64,000 nucleotides of DNA from the human T2T-CHM13v2.0 reference genome, Homo sapiens: the NCBI RefSeq assembly GCF_009914755.1, contig NC_060935.1. One strand, given 5' to 3'. Each line of letters begins with the position of its first letter. Within the stretch, counting starts at the first letter, position 1. Position numbers and translations under genes: made by a program. Below, in pieces: positions 37,579 to 50,375 of the stretch. The notes beneath the pieces are model-generated. The model had not been told where the DNA came from and ran no database searches. It saw only the letters and a list, made by a program, of their open reading frames with translations.

Positions 37579-39199
37579 ACTGCTGGAGCTTTCTGATGTG
37601 TGCTGGCCTGGTGTCCCTGAAGTGGCATGCACAGCCCGCCTATCCAGAGGTTACATATCCATGCATTCGCGTGAACATCCCGTAGTATACTGGGGCATCA
37701 CTGGGGCCCCGAGCTAGGAGTCCACCCCTCCTTGGAGGTGATACCCAGGCTGGGGCCTGTGGGGAAGGCTGAGGCCAGGGTTGTGCCCTCTGAACATCTG
37801 CAATTTGTCCTTGCCTTGGTGCCAACCCCTGACCACTGCCCTGGGATGGCTTCATGCCTGGATGCCCAGCACAGAGCCTGGGGCTAAGGGTCCCTGATGA
37901 TGACCACAGACCCCACCCCCCAGTGAGGAAGACCCTGTTCCTCCCTTGAGTCAAGTCACCTCCTTCCCCTGCCCCCAGCTGAGAACAGGCCCAAGTGAAG
38001 CCAGGGGTGGCCCAGCTTTAGTTGACCACAGTCTAATAATGGTGAGTCATATTGTATACTTTGTATACTTCACTGTATACGAAGCACTTTCCTCCTGGGA
38101 CCTCACTGGACTCTCGCTAGCCCTGGGAGGTCTGAGATGGCCTTGTTAAGATAAGGAAATGGAGGCACAGCAAGGCTGGGATGGTGCCCAGGGCCGATGG
38201 CTGGTGAGTTGCAGGATGGCGAGCAGGACCCAGATTTAGGGGCTCCAGAGAGGGTAGATGGCAGCTGGAGAGGTAAGGATGCTTCGGGCAGGGCCAGGGT
38301 GACCTTGGCTGCCCGGTGGTAAGGCCCACCCCACCAGGCTGTGTGGGTTACTGCCCCTCTGGGAGCCGGGAAGCTGGGGCTTGGTGAGCTCAAGGTTGAA
38401 CCTACAAATCATCGCCAGGTGACTTGAGCTGCCCTTGCGGCTGAGTGCATCCCCCATGAGTGCCCAGCAGGGACTAGCTCAGTCCTCCAGCCCAAGGCCA
38501 CACTGCCTTTACCAGTCACCTGTGTCCTCCTGGAGCCCACAGCTCCCAGGGGCTCGGCAAGGGTTTGTTGACTGAACAGTGATCTTTCTGACTCTCAGAG
38601 CCCACTGTCCCCTTCCTGGAATGACACTCCCTCGTGGTGCCCTACTCCTTCCAAGATAAAGAAGAGGCACTCCAGGTTTGTCTAAGACCCTGCACACCCA
38701 TCCTGGCTGACACCAGCCACCTCATCTTCCACTATCCGCCCCCCAGCTTCTGTCCCCCACTCTAACCAAGAATTCCTGAGCCTCAAAGCCAAGGCTGTTT
38801 CACGTCACAGCAACTGTGAGCTTCTGCTGTCTGCAAGAACATCCCTCCTGCCCCTCCAAGACCCAGGTCAAGAGGCACCTCCCTGAGGAAGCTGATGTCA
38901 AAATCGACTTGGCCCTCTGTCTTGGGGTCACGAGGTAATGCCTGCTTCAGCAAGATCTTGCTAAGCCATAACTGTCTAGGTGCCCAGCCCCCATGCTGGA
39001 ATTTCAGCTTTGCCAGGGCGAGATCCAGCAGGGCCCGATTCACTTCTGGTCCCTGGTGCCCTAAACAGCACCTGGCACACAGTGGACTCCCAGCCATATC
39101 CCCCGAACTGTGCACAGCCACCAGGCATGGCTGAGCGGGTTATTCCATCAGCTTTGTGGAATATCGTGCAGCTGTTAAAACCACAATTATGAAGATGAT

Positions 39200-39767
<568 letters not shown>

Positions 39768-41171
39768 CGAAGATAACATTTTGATATCTAAGTGTGACAT
39801 GTCAAACAGAGCTACAATCATACAATCCATTCCACTGCGAGGCATTGAGTGCCCGCGCTCTGTGCCAGCTCTGTGGCTTGGTGTGGGGGTGGCAGGGATA
39901 GAAAGGGGTCTCTCCTTCAAGACATTTAGTTCAGAAGAGGAGGAAGGCTTGAACATAATTCCTGAGCCACACGCCAAGTGCTGGGATGGAGGAATGACAG
40001 AGCCCCAGGGCCACACGTCCATCTGGGGGTCTGGGAAGGCGGGACGGAAACCACAGCTCTGTAAAAATTACAGCCGTCTCTGCATGGACAAGCCTGGAAG
40101 GGAGCAGAGGAACGGAAGCTGTTGACGCCACAGGGCGGTGGCATTGTGGGTGATTTTTCTTTCTTTTATTGTTGGTATAATGCTGTTTGGGCAATAAATA
40201 AAAATTGGGAGGAAAAAATAGCTGTTTGGTGAATTGAGTAGAAATTGGGAGAAAGAAGAAAGGGAGTTAAGGGGAGGGAAATTAGAAGGGTGAAGTGAGG
40301 AGGGAGAGGCAGGAAGGGCAAAGACAGGCGCATGCAGAGCGCACAGAGGCCAGAGGCGGCGGCCTCAGGCTAGGCCCCAGTCTGTTCCCGGACTGGGCGC
40401 AAGAGGGCTGGGTTTGCACAGGGAAAGGAGGGGGAGAGGTGCTGGAGTCTCTGTAGGGGGGACCCTCCCCAAGGGGATCTGGGAGGGCATCCCAGAGGGG
40501 AGGTGGCCCCCAGGCCTCGATGGACAGCAAAGAGCAGGGCCGGCAGAGGGGGTCCCAGCCAGACTGTGGGCGGTCTGAGGGTGGATCAGGAGCACTGGGG
40601 CCCTGGTGGGGGCTCTGGGCAGGCTTGGGACTCAGAGCAGCCACTGACAAGGTGATGAGGTCTGACCAGGGCAGGCCAGGCTGGGTATATGGGAGAGTCC
40701 CTTACTTAGTGTCCCAGCGAATGCCAAGAGCACGGGGACTTTCAGGCTAAGAGGAGGCTGTCTGGTCTAAACACTCCCTCACCCCACCCGGATGCCACCC
40801 ACAGGCATGAACATCTTCCCAGTCTCTAATAGGTGCCAGGCACTGGGCCAGCCACCCTCCCATTCAAGGTCTTCTTCATCTCTCACAGTAACCTTTGGAG
40901 CTAGGTAGTAACGGTCCCATTTCACAATCCAGGACACTGAGGCTGGGAGAGGTTCAGCAACTTGGCCAAGGTCACAGTCAGCTGGGGATGGGAGGGGGCG
41001 CTGGCATGGGACCCTGGCACTGCCCCCTTAATAGGTGGGAGGGGTATTGCTGGGGAGCGCCCGGGTGTTTACAGCACGCGGCGGATGAGAGGGTCTGCCC
41101 AGGGAAGGGGCGCCAGGCAGGAAGGAAGGGGTTACTTTGGCATGCAGAGTAGGCGGTGGGTACCTGTTTGT

Positions 41172-41240
41172 GAATGAATGCACGGGTGGACGGATGAATG
41201 AATGAATGAATGAATGGATGGCTGGAGGGATGGTTGAATG
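41172..41240. repeat. (TGAA/TGGA)n simple repeat
   Basis: Direct reading. Confidence 0.8.
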
Positions 41241-41259
41241 AGTGGGTGCGGAGAGGAGG

Positions 41260-42740
41260 GTGCTGGGGAGGCGGCGCGTGAGCTAGAACCCCTTTCTCCC
41301 CCGCCTCCACGGTGGAGGTTGGCTTTGGGAGCCTCCCTCCCCCAACTCCCCAGAGGGGTCGGCTCCCCCACCCGCCCTTCCCCCAGCCAGTTTAGCCGAG
41401 GGCGGGGGAGGGGGGCGCGGAGGCCGCTTCTCCCCGGCTGGGCCAGAATCCCCGCGCGGCGGCGCAGCCTCCCGCGCCGGGTCCCGCCGGCCAGTGCGCA
41501 GCGCGGCGCCCCCGCCCCCGCCACCTCCTCCCCGCCCGCTGCCTCCCCCTCCTCCTCCTCCCCCTCCCCTCCTCCTCCTCTCCCTCCCCGCTCCGCGCCT
41601 GCACGCACGGCCCCCGCCGCCGCCGCCGCGAGGGGAGAGGCGGCCGCACAGCCTGGTTCCCCGCGCCCTGCTCGCCGCCGCCGCTCGCGCGGGCACCGCC
41701 GCTGGTCCCCGCCCCGCCGCCGAGCGCACCCGCCCGGGCACACGCACCCCGCCGCTGGACGCACCCCCCGCACTCCTCCCGCGGCTCCGCCGGGCGCCCG
41801 AGCCGGGCAGATGCGCCGCCGCGCGCCCCCCGCTCCGGGCCCGCCACCGTGCTCTGCCGCGCGCCGGGGGCTCCTCTCCCGGGCCCCCCTGGGCGCCCTC
41901 CGGCTCTGGTTCCCGCCCGCTCCTTGGAATAACCCCTGAGGCTCCAGCCGTCACCGCAAAGTTTCCCGAGGAGACCCGCCTCCCCGGCCGCTGCGCAGGT
42001 AGGGCTGGCTGCACCGGGCGGGGGTCGGGGTCCGCGCGTCTGGGACAGGGCGCCAGAGCCGACGGGGCGGGGGCCGGGGGCCCGGGGGCACCGAAGCGCC
42101 ACGGGGTCAGGCAGCCTGGCTTTGCCCCAGAGCGGCGGGAGATGGGACGCCCAGCCTTTGGGATTTGGGGTGGGGGTCCCTGAGTCAAGAGCCAAGCACC
42201 AGTAGCGGTGGCGCTGGCCCCGCCGCGGGGAGGCGCGGGGTGCGCGGCCGGCGGCTCAGCTCTCCCGAGCCGAGGCTGGAAAGGGCGGGGGCTCAGCTGG
42301 AGCTCTAGTCCAAGCCCTCGCTGCACCCCCCAGGGAGGGGGCCTGGCCCGTGGGGGGCGTCAGGCCGGTCATGTGGGTCCCAGCTCCCGCACTCGGGAAC
42401 CGGAGGAGGGCGCGCGGCCAGGGACAGCCGGCCGGCCTGGGCGCCGCGCTCCCGTCCCCACCAGCCGCGTGAGTCACGGTTGGAGCGAGGTTTTATTTTT
42501 AAAACGACTTCAAGGGGGGCATGAGCAGCCTCCAACTTCCCTCCCTGTGCGCGCTGTGGACCGTCAGCCCTGAGCCGGGCGGGGGCTGGGGCCGTACACC
42601 TGGCGGCTGGAACGGTGAGACCATGGTGCCTGGGCGGGGGGCGGCGGGCACCCCCCATCCCCCAGCTCTCAAGACAAGGAGGCGGCCCGACCCGGCGGCG
42701 CACGCCCCTCCTCGCGGGCACTGGAGACCCCGGGGAGGAA
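41260..42740. promoter_or_regulatory. FLRT1: Large CpG island promoter (probable FLRT1 promoter)
   Basis: Extreme GC/CpG density, GC boxes, (TCC)n and (GCC)n tracts; FLRT1 is known to be nested antisense in this MACROD1 intron. Confidence 0.75.
41700..41998 (+). other. FLRT1: Probable FLRT1 non-coding first exon (start approximate)
   Basis: CAG|GTAGGG donor at 41998/41999 inside the CpG island; identity comes from locus knowledge, since no FLRT1 LRR coding sequence is in the window. Confidence 0.55.
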
Positions 42741-45700
42741 GGCTGGGGAGTGTTGTCGCCCAGCTGCAGGGAACCGTGGTTGATCAGAGCTCCCCGAGGA
42801 GGAGAAAGTTGTGGAACAGGGACACCAGGGAGCTGCCACAGCCTTCCCGGTGGCCCCGGGAGGTCTTCGAGGCCCTCCAGGGTGGGCAGTTTTGAGAGAA
42901 TACAGCCCAGCTGGGGTGTGCCAGGCCCCCGAGGCCCAAGCCAGAGCTCTGATGTGAATAAATACAGCCAAGGCTGGGGACGGAGGTGAGGGGTGACTGA
43001 GAACAGCCCTGCCTCACCGCGGCCCCTACGCCCTCGGGTTGGATGGAAACCAGCCCCTCCACATCCCCCTCCCCAGGTGGCTCAGGAGTTAGGAAGGAGG
43101 CTGTCTGTGGGGGGGACCCACGATGCCACTGTGGAGGGAGGTGGCTGAGGCACCCTGTCTCTGCCCGGCGGCCGCGGGGGAGGCAGCCGCCGCGCTCAGG
43201 GGCTCCAGATTCCAGTTTCTGGAGTTGAAAGCTACTGCATCTCTTCCGCCAGCCCCGGGAGGAGAGGCGCAGACATCACCTGTCAGCTGGTGCTGACTCC
43301 GTGGGCGACTGTTCAGGGCTTCCTCAGAAGGTTTAAAATGGAAATGGCCTGAGCTGACAGGGCCCGTGCCTGGGAGGGGACGCTGCCTAGCTGGGCCAGC
43401 AGTGAGGGGGCCCTGGTAGGTGTGAGGGGCAGGAAGAGCTGAGGGCTGTCACATATCTGGCTGAAGGGTCGGCCATGGGCACAGGGTGTGTGTGTGTGTG
43501 CGCACCCAGTCCCATGTTCTTTCCCAGACACAGAGACTGGATACTCTTCAGTAAAAAGCACCCTGACCCCAGCATGGAGGCTCCGTAGCCCACACCCCCA
43601 AGGCAGCTGTGGCCTGCTGGACTTCACCTAGACCTGGGTCTGTGCATCCGCACTCTACCATTTATTGGTCCCTCCACCTCCCTGTGCCTCAGTTTCCCTT
43701 GTTGGTAAAATGGGATTGATAGTGCCACCTCCTGAGCCTGAGCCAGGGTGCTGCTTTGTAAGTGCATTTGACGCATGTTGTTAGTGGTCCTGCTCCTGGA
43801 CTGGAGGATTCTCAAGGGCTGAGGGTATCTGCAGGGACTTCAGAGGGTCGGGGGGTCGGATTTTCCCACCACCAGCCAGTGTGCTGTCACTGGACTTCAT
43901 CCTCACGCTGGCCCTCAGTGGCAGCGCCCTGTGTCCCCTCCTCCCCATCTCCGAGGCCTCCCATGGAAGCCCCTGGGAGGTCCGCCCAGCTGTTTCTAAG
44001 GAGGTGATGGGGAGGGGGTGCTGCCATCCCACTGGTCACCCACTGCCAGAGGTGTACAGACTTAGCTCTGTAGAGATTCATGCCTGGTGGCTGAGCCTGT
44101 GTCGCATTCACTGGGTGACCCTGGGCCTGCAGCCTCCCCTCTGGGACCGGCTTCCTTGCCTGCGCAGGGGTTTACAGCAGTTGTCCCACAGAGAGGATGT
44201 CTGGGTGTTCTGCGTGTGGGTGCAGGGAAGGGCAGTGCACACATGAGCAGGTGGCATCTGTGCTTGCTTCGAAGTTAGCTGAGAGGACTAGGGCTCCAGG
44301 TGGCCTTGACCCTGCGGGTGTTGAGGGACGGAGAGGTGGGTGTAGAGCCCAGAGGCCAGCACGGGGGCAGCTGTCAAGTGGCTGCTCTGGTGCAGGGGGA
44401 GGATGAGGCCTCCAGGATCTAGCTGGGCACAGCCACCTCTGCCCAGTCATGGGGCTAGCAGCCCCCTCCCCAGCCAGCCAGACATCCCCAGAATCAGGGC
44501 TGGACATGGCCTGATCTCAGAGATGGGGCCTGTATGGGACTGTGTGGGTCTGGCTGTGCTGGCCCTTCTGCTCTAGAGTCTGGAAATGATATCAACCACC
44601 TAGTCATCCCTGTTGATTGTGTTCCTGGGACACTAGAATGCCATCACAGGGTCCTAAGGACTTTCGGTTCCTGGGGAGGGTTTCTCTACCTGGCCTGCTA
44701 ACCTTCGGCAAGTGACCCGTCTTCCTCATCTGTAGGGTGGGGTAACAGCAGTACCTACCTTGGGGAGGCACCCACGTTGAGAGGATGCGTATGAGGTTTC
44801 TAGCAGAGTTCATGCCTAGCAATGTGGGGCCCTTGCCTAGTCTACACCCCTCGTTCACTGTGGGCCAAGGGCTTTCAGCTTCTTCAGGCCTTGGGGTGGC
44901 AGGGAGGACTGAGGTGGCCCTCATCCCCTGCAGGCAGGGGCCATCCACTCTGGTACCTGGCCCAAGGGGCAGTGGGAAATGCCCCAGAGCAAGGGGGAGC
45001 TGGAGGGCTTTTGCTGAGGCCCCTTATAGGATGGGGTGCGTGAGGCATGTGGGTGAGCGAGCGTGGGTGGACAAGAAGGGGCGTGGGTGTGGCGAGGGTG
45101 CTAACTGCCTATAGTGGGGTGGGTGGGGACTGCCCCGGGGGTAGCTTTCCCTGCTCACTGGCAGAGGAGAGCGCCAGCCTCTGGGAGGCCCAGGCCCCAG
45201 GCCCTGGCTGCTGCCCCCGGTGTACTGCCTTCCAAGTGTGTTTGAGGTCGGGTGGTAGCGGGGGGTCCCTCCTCAGAACCTGTGTTGTTCTGCCGGAGAC
45301 AAAGTTCAGGCTCTGGCTGGCCCACGAGGCAGCTGCATTCTGTCCTCTGCCATGGGACACTCACCCTGAGAGGGCCAGGGCTGTGGTGTGGGGCAGACTG
45401 GATGGCCGGGAGGAGACGGGAAAAGGACAGCACCCCTGTTTTGCCCTCCTCCCCCCGGACAGCCTGCCTGGAGTTCTCTGGCAGCAGCTGGAGACACCAA
45501 GAGGGTTCCATGGAGCAGGCTGTGTTTGTGCAGGCCTGTGTTTGCCTGTTTACCATCGCTCGAGGCCCCCAGAGCACTGCCGCTCCCCGGGGCCAGCGGC
45601 TCTGCAGATGATGTCAGGGTTTGGGGGCCTCTCCTTGCTTTGTGGAGGTTGTTTGCTGGATTCCTGCAGCCCTGGGTTTTAAAATGACAACCTGCAGAGC

Positions 45701-45864
45701 TGGTGGCTAGTGAGGGTGGGGGAGAGGACAGGGAGGAGGATGGGTGGGAGTTTGGGGCTGAAGCCATGGAGGATAAATGGGCTGGCCCACCAGTGCTCCT
45801 CTGGCACGCCTGGCTCCCTGGCTCTTCTGTTTTCCCTTCCCTCACTCCTTCCCTCCTTTCCTGC

Positions 45865-46200
45865 TCATTCATTCATTCATTCATTCATTCTTGAGATAAT
45901 CATTGAGCATTAGTTATTGCCAGGCACAGTGCTGGGCTCTGGGACAAAAGTGGGGAACAAAAGCAGTGGGTGTCTTGCCCTCAGGGCGCTTCCAGTCAGA
46001 TGTGGTGTCAGACATTAGTCAGATCTACCTCTTCCCCGTGAAGCCTTGGCTCTGAAGGCGCAAAGTGGTGAGGTCAAGTAACAGAGGGGCCTGCTGAGGG
46101 GTGGGATTGAGGGGGACTTCCCAGGGAAGGGGGTGCTTAAGACATGAAGAGTGAGCTGGAGCCAGGGAAGGGCAGGGACAGAAACAAGGGCCTGGAGGAC
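45865..46200. mobile_element. L2 3' end with (CATT)n
   Basis: CATTCATTCATT...CATTGAGCATT...TGCCAGGCACAGTGCTGG. Confidence 0.65.
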
Positions 46201-47035
46201 AGGATGGATGGAGAGGGCTGCATGGAGACCCCCGGCAGGAGGGCAGAGGGGCTCAAGGCACCCGGCCAGGGCTGGGGCTGGTGGGCTGTCTCCCTGGGTC
46301 TCTGTGGCCCATCCATCCCCAGCTCTCTCAGGATTCCTGGGTCTGCCTCAGGGACCCTCTGCCTGTCCTTGCAGATGGGCCTCTGGAAGAGTGGGCTTCC
46401 TAGGCCCGGGATGCCAGGTCCCCTTTTCCCGAGAGCTGTGTGTTCACCTGCGTAGACAGGTTGCCCCAGCATCTGATGGGCTGTGAGACAAATGTGGGCT
46501 TGTTTATGACGGGGGCGGTAGCCCTGGGTGGACCGAGAGCTATTAGTGATGAAGGAGAGTCCGCAGAAACCCTCCCCAGCCCTGAATGTTCCCGGTGCAG
46601 GGAAGTGGGCTGGGGTGCAGGCAGAGGGAGAAGGGAGTGAAGGGGCTGTGTCCTGGAGGGCCCCGGACCCGGCTGTATGGGGCTCAGCTAGCCACTAGGG
46701 GACACTGCCTCCCAGGCAGACCGCAGGACCCAGGCATCCGACGTCCGGCCAGGCCCCAGGTGTGGCAGGCTCTGCTTCAAGGGGTCAAAGGGCATCCTCA
46801 TGGGCAGACGGGGTCTATTGTCTGGCTGGCAGGGAGGCAGTGGCCGGGCTGGTTGGGGATGGCTTATACTTAATTAAAACTGGGATTAAAACTGGGGTCA
46901 CGGGGCGCTAGTCCTGGCCATTCCTGCCCGCGTCACTCTCCAGAGGCAGCTCTGTGGCAGTATTTTTTTCACGCCCCTTTCCCTCCTTCTGCCTGAATTA
47001 ATCGTTGGCACCAGATTACAACAGATTTAGCAAAC

Positions 47036-47038
<3 letters not shown>

Positions 47039-47069
<31 letters not shown>
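47039..47069. repeat. Poly-A tract (31 nt) not attached to an Alu
   Basis: Direct reading. Confidence 0.9.
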
Positions 47070-47070
<1 letters not shown>

Positions 47071-49654
47071 CATGAGCGAGAGAGGAAGAGAGAAAAGAAA
47101 GGAGGGAATGCCTTCCGTGAGGAGCCGGCATTTATCTCCAGAAGCAAATTGCTCTTCTTGAACCATTCCTGCTGCCCCCCACCCCTCCACCCCCCGTGAC
47201 GCCTGGGAAATGCTGCTCGGGAAAATGTCCTCAAAAATGCTGCCGGGTGCTGGAACCAGGAGGGGCTTTTCCTGGGGGAGGTCAGCCAGGGGCTGAGGAG
47301 GAGAGGAGAGCTCAGGGGAGTGAGGAGGGTGCCCGGGGCTGCTCTGGAGGGTGTGTTGGGGGACACCTGGCTGGTTCTGAGTGGTCGCAGAGGTGGGGCT
47401 TCGTGTAGGGCAGAGCGAGTGAACAGATGAATGAATGGAAAAAGGGGTGCAGCCAGGACCGAATGACCGCCTCGGGAGCTGGTGTGGTGGCAGTGGAGGG
47501 TCCAGCCTGCCCATCAGGATTCCTAGGGACAAAATCCGAGGGACTGAGCTCTCTCAAGCGACATAGCATCTTGGGTCTTGGATCCAATTCCACTTCTCTC
47601 TGGTCAGACCAGAGGGGGCCTGGCTTTGGTTCAGGGAATCTGGCTGTTAGGGGGTGGGTGTCTGGCCCTAGGGACATGGCAAGTCGCAGAGGGTCACGGG
47701 AGTTTCACCTCAAGGCTGAGGGTGCCCCGCCCAGTTAAAGCACAGGAGTGAGATTCGGTGGGCTGAGAGCCCCTGGGCTCCTAGCCTGGGCTGGGCTGCC
47801 CCACCCTGAGTGGGGACTTGGGTTCAGTGGGGGGCAGTTAGGGGCCCACCCTTCCTTCTTCGCTCACTCACTCTCTCGGGCAGCGGCCATGGTGGGCCAG
47901 GCCTGGAGCTGGCCACAGGGAAGGTGGCGGTGGCCCAGTCCAGTGGGACCAGGCGGGAGGGGGAGACAGATGTGCACCACGCTCACACCTCTGGTGGGCA
48001 CACATGCACCTTCATGCACACACTCTTGCACACACATGCTCACACCTAACCCACCTTCCTCTCCTGTCTTCCCTGAGCCAGCCTGAGCCAGGCTCTGAGG
48101 TGAATGAAGCCCACATCTCACCCCCACCTCTGGAAGCTGCCACGAGGAAGGGGCTGGAGTGGCTGCCCCACCCTTCCCGTGCAGTCCCCTGCCCTTCCTG
48201 CCCCCAGACAGTGGCCATCTGTTGCCCAGGCCTGGACCCCTCTCTGGGGAATGGGGGGGTGTGAAGGAATGAGAAGTGGGAGTGACAGCCCCTCCCCTAA
48301 GCCCTGCTCCAATAGAGGAGGCCCTGTGATGGCCAGCCCTGCAGCGTAACCTTTGACCCCAGGGAGCCAGCAGTCAGGTAGGCTCTGGGTAGGGCCACCC
48401 CCTTGGCTAGCCAATGGGGGGCTGGCCTGGTGGCCAGGCCTGTGGGGGTCTTGGAAGCCCTTCCCTGCCTCACTGGGGCTGCATGCCTCCTAGGCTGTCT
48501 ACCGGTCCCAGGGAGATAGACAACACTCCCCTGATCCCCCAGTCACAGTGGGGTGCTTCATGCCTCAGTTTCCCACTACTTCTGGACAAGGGGTTGGACC
48601 ACTAGGTCCCTAGTAGCTGCCACTCAGAGCAGCACCATGGCTCTGAGCCCTGAGACCCCCACCAGGCTTGGGCTAGCCAGAGGGGCTGGGTAGTGCCACA
48701 CCCCAGTTTCCAGGGGCTTCTGGCTTGACAAGCTCTGCCTGGTTTATCTTCTTCCCACTGTGAGAGCAGGGAGACTGAGGCACAGAGTGGAGACACGCCC
48801 TGTCCAGTGCCATGTGGTAGTCAGGACACATTCTGGGGCAGAAGGGCTATGAAATGAAAGCTCTGGAGTCGATGAACTTGGGCTCGAAGCCCACCTTTGT
48901 TACTTATCATCTGAGTACCCTGGACGCCTCACGTCCCCTCTCTGTGCCTCTGTCTCCACACCTGTGAAACAGGATGATGGCATACGTGCTGACATCCCAG
49001 GGTTAGCATGAAGACTCCATGTGACTGTGTCCACAGAAGGGCTTTGTGGGAACCAGTAGTTACTTTGGATCATTGGACAGGCCCCGCCAGACACGTGCTG
49101 GGATAATCACCCTGCTCGGGGCTCTGAGGAGCTCAGGGGCTGGAGAGGGGCTGTACAGGCTAGCTTTCCGCCCTCAGGACCCCACCCTCTCTGGCAGGAA
49201 GGCTTGTGGGGCACTGCTGAGCCCCGAGGTCTGGGGCCCATGCAGTAGCAGGTGGAATGCATCAGGGAGCAGTGGACTCTAAACGCCTGGTTGTGACAAA
49301 AGGGCAAGTTGAGGTGTGGGTGACTCCTGGGGGAGCTGGGGAGAGCTGAGCTCTGGAGGGCTCTGGAGAGCAGCAAGGGTTAGGAGGCAGCAGGTGTGGG
49401 AAGGGCAAGAGGTCAAATCGTGGAAAGGGAAAGCATGGGGCTCAAATGTCACCTTCTGCTCATTAAGGGTGGCAGAGAGGTCATTATTGAGTGTTTACTG
49501 CATACAATGCATATTTCATAGAGCACCATGCTAAGGACTCTACCTTGCAGAATCCCACTGAGGCTTCACAACAGCCCCATTGCACAGAAGAGAAAACTGA
49601 GGCTCAGGCAGGTAAAGTGATTGGACCAAGGTCACGTAGCCAGGACATGGCATC

Positions 49655-49955
49655 TTTTTTTTTTTTTTATGACGGAGTTTCGCTCTTGTTGCCCAGACTG
49701 GAGTGCGATGGTGCAATCTGGGCTCACAGCAACCTCTGTCTGCAACAGGTTCAAGCTATTCTCCTGCCTCAGCCTCCCAAGTAGCTGGGACTACAGGTGC
49801 CCGCCACCACGCCGGGCTAATTTTTCATATTTTTAGTAGAGACGGGGATTCACCATGTTAGGCAGGATGGTCTCGAACTCCTGACCCTCAGGTGATCCAC
49901 CCACTTCGGCCTCCCAAAGTGCTGCGGTTACAGGTGTGAGCCACTGTGCCCGGCC
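49655..49955 (-). mobile_element. Alu with 16-bp TSD CAGGACATGGCATCTT, inserted in a MIR
   Basis: Identical 16-mer at 49641 and 49956. Confidence 0.95.
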
Positions 49956-50091
49956 CAGGACATGGCATCTTAAAGCATATGCTCGTAACCCCCTCAGCCT
50001 ACAACACATGAGAGTAATCAACACAGCAATAGTAGCTGACATTTATATCACACTTACTATGTACCTGGTGGTTGGCAGTTCCCCCAACAAC

Positions 50092-50375
50092 TTTTTTTTT
50101 TTTTTTTTTGAGATGGAGTGTTGCTCTGTCGCCCAGGCTGGAGTGCAGTGGTGCAATCATAGCTCACTGCAGCCTCTAACTTTTGGGCTCAAGTGATCCT
50201 CCCACCTCAGCCTGCCGAATAGCTCGGACTACAGGCACGCACCAACACACTGGCTAATTTTTTAATTTGGCAGAGACAGGGTTTCCTTATGTTGCCCAGG
50301 CTGGCCTTGAACTCCTGGCCTCAAGCGATCCTCCCGCCTTGGCCTCCTGATTACAGGTGTGAGACACTGCGCCTG
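50092..50375 (-). mobile_element. AluJ-like
   Basis: Antisense Alu; flanks CCCA(A/G)CAACTT. Confidence 0.9.

Noticed and set aside
41132-42326. Overlapping 213-347 aa Arg/Gly/Pro-rich ORFs
   Set aside because: Stop-codon depletion in a CpG island; low complexity in all frames; not the FLRT1 LRR/FN3 protein.
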